DNA of 16,000 nt from an uncultured Phycisphaeraceae bacterium (GTDB lineage Bacteria; Planctomycetota; Phycisphaerae; Phycisphaerales; Phycisphaeraceae), in the NCBI GenBank assembly GCA_964471555.1, contig CAYYGM010000019.1:22716-38715 (forward strand), given 5' to 3'. The notes beneath the pieces are model-generated. The model had not been told where the DNA came from. It ran no database searches and saw nothing but the letters and a program-made list of their open reading frames with translations. Positions within the stretch are counted from its first letter, which is position 1. Every line of letters begins with the position of its first letter. Positions 1 through 5,094 of the stretch are shown piece by piece. The translations under genes and the position numbers were made by a program.

Positions 1-4
1 CCGG

Positions 5-10
5 TACAAT
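5..10 (+). promoter_or_regulatory. Candidate -10 box TACAAT, 7 nt upstream of the ATG at 18 (possible leaderless mRNA)
   Basis: TACAAT hexamer at 5-10. There is no Shine-Dalgarno sequence between it and the ATG. The same hexamer and spacing occur at 2313-2318. The -35 region lies outside the window. Confidence 0.3.
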
Positions 11-17
11 CGTCGCC

Positions 18-677
18 ATGAGTAAGAAACTGAAGTTCGTGGCGTTGACCGATGCCCTGGCTGGTTACGTGGATGCCCACCGGTCGAGTGCGGCCGATCC
101 GTTGCTGCAAAAGCTGCGCGAGGAGACGGCCCAACTGGAACACGGGCACATGCAGATCAGTGCCGATCAGGGCGATCTGCTGGCGATCCTGGTGGCGGCC
201 ACGGGTGCGAAAACCTGCGTGGAGATCGGCACCTTCACCGGCTACAGCTCCACCTGCGTGGCACGGGCGTTACCTTCAGGGGGAAAACTGCACTGCTTCG
301 ACATCAGCGCCCATTTCACGGACGTGGCTCGGCGCTACTGGAAAGAGGCGGGCGTGGCAGATCGCGTTGAGCTGCACCTGGGGCCGGCTATCGAGATGCT
401 GGCCAAACACTGTCCCGCCCGGGTGGATTTCGCCTTCATCGATGCCGACAAGACCGGCTACGACGCCTATTACGAGTTCCTCCTGCCGCGACTGCGGACC
501 AGCAGCCTGATGATCTTCGACAACATGCTCTCACACGGGCGGGTGGTTGACGAAGCCGAGCAGCACGAGAACGTCCGCGCCATTCGAGCGATGAACGACA
601 AGCTGGCGGCCGACCCGCGCGTGGAATGCGTGTTGCTGAGCGCGGCTGACGGCATGATGGTGGTGCGGAAGCGGTAA
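18..677 (+). CDS. Class I SAM-dependent O-methyltransferase (caffeoyl-CoA O-methyltransferase-like, family 3)
   Basis: 219-aa ORF with an ATG start. It has the SAM-binding motif VEIGTFTGYSS, the FIDADK motif and a typical family length. The TAA stop at 675-677 directly abuts the repeat element. Confidence 0.85.
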   Translation: MSKKLKFVALTDALAGYVDAHRSSAADPLLQKLREETAQLEHGHMQISADQGDLLAILVAATGAKTCVEIGTFTGYSSTCVARALPSGGKLHCFDISAHFTDVARRYWKEAGVADRVELHLGPAIEMLAKHCPARVDFAFIDADKTGYDAYYEFLLPRLRTSSLMIFDNMLSHGRVVDEAEQHENVRAIRAMNDKLAADPRVECVLLSAADGMMVVRKR

Positions 678-808
678 ATTCGAATGACGAAATTCGAATG
701 ACGAATCAATGTTCAAATGACGAATGACGAAAGCTCAAAAAGTTTCGTCATTTGAACATTCGAGCATTCGTCATTCATTCGTCATTCGAATTTCGTCATT
801 CGAATTTC
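678..808. repeat. Heptamer-array hairpin element, family 1 (AATGACG/AAATTCG units), copy 1
   Basis: The left arm is 678-733 and the right arm is 743-808. The outer ~29 bp pair perfectly (AATTCGAATGACGAAATTCGAATGACGAA with its complement). ATGACGA recurs at 684, 698, 717 and 724. Positions 683-731 are 47/49 identical to 14867-14915, and 777-808 are 32/32 identical to 14965-14996. Confidence 0.85.
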
Positions 809-1755
809 TCCGCAGGAAACTGCGGGGTTCCGCCTTCCAGCACAGCCAGCACATCGCGCACGACCCAGCTCATGTTCAGCATGGCGGTGTCCGTGCGCGA
901 GGCCAGGTGCGGCAGCAACCGAACATTGGGCAGATCCCACAGCGGATAGGTTTCACCTTCCGGGGGCGGGGGTTCGGGGTCGTGGACGTCGAGAATGGCA
1001 TGAGCCTGCGGATTTCTTTTCGCCCAGTCGGCCAGGGCGGCTGCATCGACGATCATGCCGCGGGCGGCGTTGATCAGCAGAACGTTGGGCTTCAGCTTGG
1101 CCAGCATGGTCGGATTGACCAGATGCTTGTTGGCGGGCCGGCCGTCGATGTGGATGGTGACGATATCGCTGGCGGCATAGAGTTTGTCGTGATCGACGAA
1201 CTCGAAGGGGTAGTTGACCGCTTTGCGCAACTGGGCTTCAGGCAGCAGATCACAGGCGTGCACGTTCATGCCCAGGGCGTGGGCGACGCGGCCGAGCTTC
1301 TTACCGATGCGGCCGAAGCCGAGGATGCCGAGCGTGAGTTGATCCAGTTGCGTGCCGACCTCGGTCTTGCGCATCTCGTGGAATAGCGCCGCAGAAGCGC
1401 TCGGGGGCAAATCCTTCCGGGGGCGGTAGTGGTCGAGCATCAGGCCGAGCACGTACTCGACGACCGCCTGCGTGTTGGCGTCGGGCGTATAAACCACTTC
1501 GATGCCGCGTTTGCGGCAGGCGGGCACATCGATGTTGTCCAGTCCCACGCCGGCCCGGCCGACGACTTTCAGCCTGGGCGCCTTATCGAGCAGGGCGTCA
1601 TTGACCTGCGTGTAGGTGCGCACGATCAGGCCTTCCGCTTCAGCCAGCGCAGCGGCGAAGCCGGGATCATCATGTTTGCACCAGACGACCTGGGCCCGCT
1701 GAGCGAGCCAGTCCGCGGCGATGGGGTCGAGTGTTTCGGTGATGAGGATGTTCAT
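796..1755 (-). CDS. D-isomer-specific 2-hydroxyacid dehydrogenase (phosphoglycerate dehydrogenase-like), NAD-binding
   Basis: 319-aa ORF with an ATG at 1753-1755. It has the Rossmann motif GILGFGRIGKKLG and catalytic-domain architecture typical of the family. The last codons AAA TTC GAA TGA lie inside the repeat element. Confidence 0.85.
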   Translation of the reverse strand: MNILITETLDPIAADWLAQRAQVVWCKHDDPGFAAALAEAEGLIVRTYTQVNDALLDKAPRLKVVGRAGVGLDNIDVPACRKRGIEVVYTPDANTQAVVEYVLGLMLDHYRPRKDLPPSASAALFHEMRKTEVGTQLDQLTLGILGFGRIGKKLGRVAHALGMNVHACDLLPEAQLRKAVNYPFEFVDHDKLYAASDIVTIHIDGRPANKHLVNPTMLAKLKPNVLLINAARGMIVDAAALADWAKRNPQAHAILDVHDPEPPPPEGETYPLWDLPNVRLLPHLASRTDTAMLNMSWVVRDVLAVLEGGTPQFPAEKFE

Positions 1756-1794
1756 GGCAGGCAGTAGGGAGTAGGCAGCAGGGTGTTGCGCTGT

Positions 1795-1823
1795 AGCGTA
1801 CCGCGCAGGTCCTGGTTGCGCAA
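1795..1823 (-). promoter_or_regulatory. Candidate sigma70-type promoter for the dehydrogenase gene (TTGCGC-N17-TACGCT)
   Basis: On the minus strand TTGCGC (1823-1818) is followed by a 17-nt spacer and TACGCT (1800-1795). It lies just downstream of the ferredoxin terminator. The call rests on sequence resemblance only. Confidence 0.3.
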
Positions 1824-1857
1824 AAGAAAAAAGCCGACCGCGTGTTGCGATCGGCTT
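1821..1857 (-). terminator. Rho-independent terminator of the ferredoxin gene
   Basis: The minus-strand RNA reads AAGCCGAUCGC-AACAC-GCGGUCGGCUU. This is an 11-bp stem with one G-U pair, followed by UUUUUUCUUUU. Confidence 0.8.
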
Positions 1858-1927
1858 CGTTGGTCAGTTTCATAGCAAGCAGGCCCGGGGCCGAAGCCCC
1901 TACTGCCTGCTGCCTACTCCCTACTGC

Positions 1928-2188
1928 CTACTTCTTGTAATACGCTGCGTTCTTCTCGATAAAGCTGGCCCATTCCGAGGGCAGGTCTTCTTCGGGGAAG
2001 ATGGCCTTGACCGGGCACTCATCGACGCACAGGCCGCAGTCGATGCAGGTCTCGGGATCGATGTACAGCATCTCGGAGCTTTCGTATTCCGCTTCGTCCT
2101 TGGTCGGGTGAATGCAATCCACCGGGCAGACGGCGACGCAGGCGGTGTCCTTGGTTCCAATGCACGGCTCGGCAATGATATGAGGCAT
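1928..2188 (-). CDS. fdxA: 7Fe ferredoxin ([3Fe-4S][4Fe-4S], FdxA type)
   Basis: 86-aa ORF. It carries the cluster motifs CIGTKDTACVAVCPVDCIH and CIDCGLCVDECP, as in actinobacterial/Thermus-type FdxA. An AGGAG ribosome-binding site lies 8 nt upstream of the ATG at 2188. Confidence 0.9.
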   Translation of the reverse strand: MPHIIAEPCIGTKDTACVAVCPVDCIHPTKDEAEYESSEMLYIDPETCIDCGLCVDECPVKAIFPEEDLPSEWASFIEKNAAYYKK

Positions 2189-2312
2189 TTGATCGGCTCC
2201 TGGCCTGAAATAGTATGGATTCCAGCCTTCTTACAACGGCAGGCCCAAGGCGGGACTGGAAGGCCTGTGGAGTATATCGACCAAAGGCCCACCGGGGCAA
2301 ACCGCGATCCGT

Positions 2313-2318
2313 TACAAT
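2313..2318 (+). promoter_or_regulatory. Candidate -10 box TACAAT, 6 nt upstream of the methyltransferase ATG (possible leaderless mRNA)
   Basis: TACAAT at 2313-2318 and ATG at 2325, with no SD sequence between them. The arrangement matches 5-10/18. Confidence 0.35.
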
Positions 2319-2324
2319 CTTCAA

Positions 2325-3290
2325 ATGCCTCGTGCCAAGCCCAAAAGCACTGTGGATCTGCCGCGAAACACGCTGGTGCAGGGCGATTGCATCCAGCAGA
2401 TGACCGCCTGGCCCGCCGGCGGCGTCGATCTGATTTTCGCCGATCCGCCCTACAACATCGGCTACGAATACGACCAGTACGTCGACAAACGCAGCGACGA
2501 GGACTACGTACAGTGGACCTTCGACTGGATCGACGCCTGCACGCGGTTGCTCAAACCCAGCGGCTCGCTCTACGTGTTGATCGGCGACGAGTACGCGGCC
2601 GAGACGCGCGTGCACCTGAAAAAGTTGCAGGCTGAAGGCAAACTGCTGTTCCGCAACTGGATCATCTGGCACTACACCTTCGGCCAGCGCTGCAAGGCCA
2701 AGTTCAACCGCTCGCATGCCCACCTGTTCTACTGTGTCGGCTCGGCTGCGGTGGGTAAGGATGGCCAGCCCAAGCTCAACGGCAGTGATCTGCCTTTCAC
2801 CTTCCACTACGACGCCGCGGCCGTGCCCTCGGCTCGCATGACCACCTACAAGGACAAGCGGCAGAACCCCAAGGGCAAGCTGCCCGACGACACCTGGGTC
2901 GCTCGCTTTCCCGCCATGAAGGATTGGCACGTGCGCCCGCAGGAGGCTGCCCAAGAGGATTACTTCCAGGGCGACTGCGATACCTGGTACCAGTCTCGCC
3001 TATGCGGCACGTTCAAGGAGCGCACCGACTGGCATCCCTGCCAACTGCCCGAAGCCCTGCTCGAACGGATCATCAAGGTCAGTTCCAATCCGGGTGACCT
3101 GGTTTTCGATCCCTTTGCCGGCAGCGGCACGACTCTGGCGGTGGCAGCCAGGCTGGGACGCGACTGGTTAGGGTGCGAATTGAGTGAGGAATATGCCGCC
3201 AAGGCGCTCCGGCGCATCCGGGCGGTCGCCGGGGGTGGCAAGGCGAAGCGGGAACCAGCTTCCACTCAGTCCACACAATCACTTTTTTGA
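2325..3290 (+). CDS. Beta-class DNA methyltransferase (N6-adenine or N4-cytosine; PF01555-like), orphan
   Basis: 321-aa ORF. Motif IV DPPYN is near the N-terminus (GDCIQQM...VDLIFADPPYN) and motif I FDPFAGSGTT is near the C-terminus. That order is the beta-class arrangement. No restriction endonuclease gene is adjacent. Confidence 0.85.
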   Translation: MPRAKPKSTVDLPRNTLVQGDCIQQMTAWPAGGVDLIFADPPYNIGYEYDQYVDKRSDEDYVQWTFDWIDACTRLLKPSGSLYVLIGDEYAAETRVHLKKLQAEGKLLFRNWIIWHYTFGQRCKAKFNRSHAHLFYCVGSAAVGKDGQPKLNGSDLPFTFHYDAAAVPSARMTTYKDKRQNPKGKLPDDTWVARFPAMKDWHVRPQEAAQEDYFQGDCDTWYQSRLCGTFKERTDWHPCQLPEALLERIIKVSSNPGDLVFDPFAGSGTTLAVAARLGRDWLGCELSEEYAAKALRRIRAVAGGGKAKREPASTQSTQSLF

Positions 3291-3354
3291 GTCGGGGCTG
3301 TAACCAATACCTGTTCGTGGGGTCAAAACTCGTGGATTCACGAAAGGAGTACCC

Positions 3355-3894
3355 ATGGCTCGCATTCAAACGATCCAGGACGATCAAATGTCCGAGAAGA
3401 CCCGGGCCCAGTTGGAGCCGATCCGCAAGGCGCGCGGCCGCGTGATCAACATTTACGCCACCCTGGCTCATTCCCCGGCCGCACTGGAGTATGTGCTGGC
3501 CGGCGGCAAGGCCATGAGCAAGATGTCACTGAGCGCCAAGATGCGTGAAGCGGTGACGCTGGCCATCGCCGGGGTCAACCAGTGCGACTACTGTGCCGCG
3601 GCTCACAATGCCCTGGCCTTGAAGCTGGGCGTCAGCCAGCAGGAGTTGACCGACAACCTGCACGGCCGCAGCGCCGATCCGCAGACCCAGGCCGCCATCG
3701 ATCTGGCCCTGGCCCTGGTGGCCGGCGAAGGTCACGTCAGTGACGAGCAACTGGCTGCCGCCCGGGCGGCGGGGCTGGACAACACCAAAATTGTCGAACT
3801 GGTGGTGGTGGTGGCCCACAACCTGCTGACCAACTACATCAACCACGTCGCCCAGACGGACATCGACTTCCCGCTGGTGGCCATGCCGTCATGA
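3355..3894 (+). CDS. Carboxymuconolactone decarboxylase / AhpD-like family protein
   Basis: 179-aa ORF with the CxxC-containing signature NQCDYCAAAH. A strong AAGGAG ribosome-binding site at 3344-3349 lies 5 nt from the ATG. Confidence 0.8.
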   Translation: MARIQTIQDDQMSEKTRAQLEPIRKARGRVINIYATLAHSPAALEYVLAGGKAMSKMSLSAKMREAVTLAIAGVNQCDYCAAAHNALALKLGVSQQELTDNLHGRSADPQTQAAIDLALALVAGEGHVSDEQLAAARAAGLDNTKIVELVVVVAHNLLTNYINHVAQTDIDFPLVAMPS

Positions 3895-3923
3895 TCTCCC
3901 GCGAGCGAGTGAGCAGCGCGAGA

Positions 3924-3958
3924 GAAGCCCACCGCGATTCGCTGTGGGCTTCTTTTTT
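3924..3958 (+). terminator. Rho-independent terminator after the AhpD-like gene
   Basis: GAAGCCCAC (3924-3932) pairs with GTGGGCTTC (3944-3952) across an 11-nt loop. A TTTTTT tract follows at 3953-3958. Confidence 0.8.
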
Positions 3959-4027
3959 CGAAAAAACTCAATTCAATGCCTGCAAAGCGACGCGATTCAT
4001 CGCGCCGAACGCGGCAGATCCGCGCCG

Positions 4028-4399
4028 CTACACCAGCAGCGCCAGTAGCGGCACCACGAACCCGATCACCAGCAGTAGTGTGATCAGCCACCAGCGCTTG
4101 GGATACATCTTGTACGCCATCACGATCCCGATCAGCGTGGAGATCGCCAGGGCCGCGGCCATGGCAGCGATGATCCACGCCGCCCAGTGCCGCAGATGGG
4201 TCCACCCGCGCAATTGCTGGTCCTGGTGAGCGTCCTGCAGGACATAGATCACCGACAGCACCCAGTCGGGCAGCGACCACTTTTCCACCTGCAGCGTCTG
4301 CAACAGTCCGCTGACGGCAAACAGCAGGATCAGCGGTGCGAACAGCAGACCCGACCAGCGGTGAATCGTGCGCAGCAGCTTGAAAGTCGTCGGCTTCAC
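4028..4399 (-). CDS. Small integral membrane protein with a PepSY-associated-TM-like N-terminus
   Basis: 123-aa ORF with a GTG start (cac at 4397-4399). It lies 3 nt after the stop of the upstream lipoprotein gene, which suggests translational coupling. It has three hydrophobic segments, and the N-terminal LRTIHRWSGLLFAPLILLFAVSGL resembles the PepSY_TM helix. Confidence 0.6.
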   Translation of the reverse strand: MKPTTFKLLRTIHRWSGLLFAPLILLFAVSGLLQTLQVEKWSLPDWVLSVIYVLQDAHQDQQLRGWTHLRHWAAWIIAAMAAALAISTLIGIVMAYKMYPKRWWLITLLLVIGFVVPLLALLV

Positions 4400-4402
4400 C
4401 GG

Positions 4403-4930
4403 TCAGTGCTCAACGCCCATGGCTTCGTGGCCCGCCTCTTCACCCTCGTGCATTTCACCGATCACTTGCTGAGCGGTTTCCCGATCGCCGGCCTTAAGCG
4501 CGGCGATCAACTCATCGACCAGCGGCGGCAGGGCGGAAAGCTTCTCATGGAAAGTCGCCATCTTCGCAGCCTGCTCCGCTTCCGGGGCGCGGCTGACCAA
4601 TTCCGGCGTCAACTGGCCGGCTCGCTCGAACAGCAGCTTGATACGCTGGGCGTGCTCCAATGACTGTGCGTCGCTGGCGGCATCCGTGATGTGGGTGCGC
4701 AGGAACTTGAAGGAGCGGCCGATCTGTTTCATCACGTCTTCCAGTTTGCTCAACTCGGCGATGTCGGCCGGAACCGCCTGCGCGTTTGAAGTCTCAGCAG
4801 CAGGTTCCGCCGCCGGTGCCTGGCTCGCATCCGGGGGCGCGGGCGGGGGTGTGGTGGACGTTCGCTCGCAGCCGAGCAGTGCCGCCGACACGATCAAAGC
4901 GATTCCGAGCAAGCCACTGAGTCTGATCAT
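4403..4930 (-). CDS. Lipoprotein with a cytochrome b562-like four-helix-bundle domain
   Basis: I placed the start at the internal ATG at 4930, which has an AAAGG 7 nt upstream. This gives the signal peptide MIRLSGLLGIALIVSAALLGC with an LLGC lipobox. A Pro/Ala linker follows, then a helical domain that aligns by eye to b562 (LEDVMKQI vs LEDNMETL; FHEKL...VDELIAALKAG vs FRHGF...IDDALKLANEG). The tail HEGEEAGHEAMGVEH is His/Glu-rich. Confidence 0.65.
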   Translation of the reverse strand: MIRLSGLLGIALIVSAALLGCERTSTTPPPAPPDASQAPAAEPAAETSNAQAVPADIAELSKLEDVMKQIGRSFKFLRTHITDAASDAQSLEHAQRIKLLFERAGQLTPELVSRAPEAEQAAKMATFHEKLSALPPLVDELIAALKAGDRETAQQVIGEMHEGEEAGHEAMGVEH

Positions 4931-5094
4931 GATCAACCTTTCAATGGAACTACCTGATTGGCCAATTGTTATACCCGTTTGCCGGCATGTCGCGTTTCGT
5001 GTGACATTTTTTCGCACGCCCGGCGTTGCCTTGAGACGCGTTTCTGGTAGGTTGTCAGCAGTGAAATTCATCGTCAGCGGAGGTAGAGCCAGGG

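Larger units (their letters stand above)
1756..1931. repeat. Heptamer-array inverted repeat, family 2 (YAGGSAG / CCTRCTS units), bracketing the whole ferredoxin-dehydrogenase intergenic region
   Basis: YAGG occurs at 1758, 1765, 1772 and 1779. CCTR occurs at 1899, 1906, 1913, 1920 and 1927, with a strict 7-bp period. Positions 1759-1782 are a perfect reverse complement of 1906-1929 (24 bp). The arms end 0-4 nt from the dehydrogenase ATG and at the ferredoxin TAG. Confidence 0.8.

Noticed and set aside
678-808. Possibility that the short iterated units represent a CRISPR array
   Set aside because: The units are 7-14 bp and directly abutting. There are no unique spacers of constant length, the arrays are arranged as inverted arms, and no cas genes are present.
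470-949. Short ORFs translating to SSFEFRHSNF-type peptides (470-709, 531-716, 752-949; also 14955-15167, 15008-15250, 14476-14955)
   Set aside because: The repeated peptide motif is simply the translation of the family 1 heptamer arrays in various frames. No start context or coherent protein exists beyond the repeat.
724-1767. Plus-strand ORFs 724-1386 (220 aa) and 1429-1767 (112 aa) antisense to the dehydrogenase gene. Similar antisense ORFs are 2019-2954, 2108-2635, 11276-12406, 12771-13772, 13788-14405 and 10017-10601.
   Set aside because: They are shadow ORFs opposite well-supported genes. They are low-complexity, have no family signatures, and several begin inside repeat elements.
2325-3290. 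Assigning the methyltransferase as CcrM (GANTC-specific) and linking it to the GAATC/GATTC sites in the dnaE heptamers
   Set aside because: The N-terminal similarity to CcrM (GDCI.QM...VDLIFADPPYN) is generic to beta-class enzymes. The middle and C-terminal regions differ, and specificity cannot be read from the sequence. The GANTC occurrences are too few to be meaningful.
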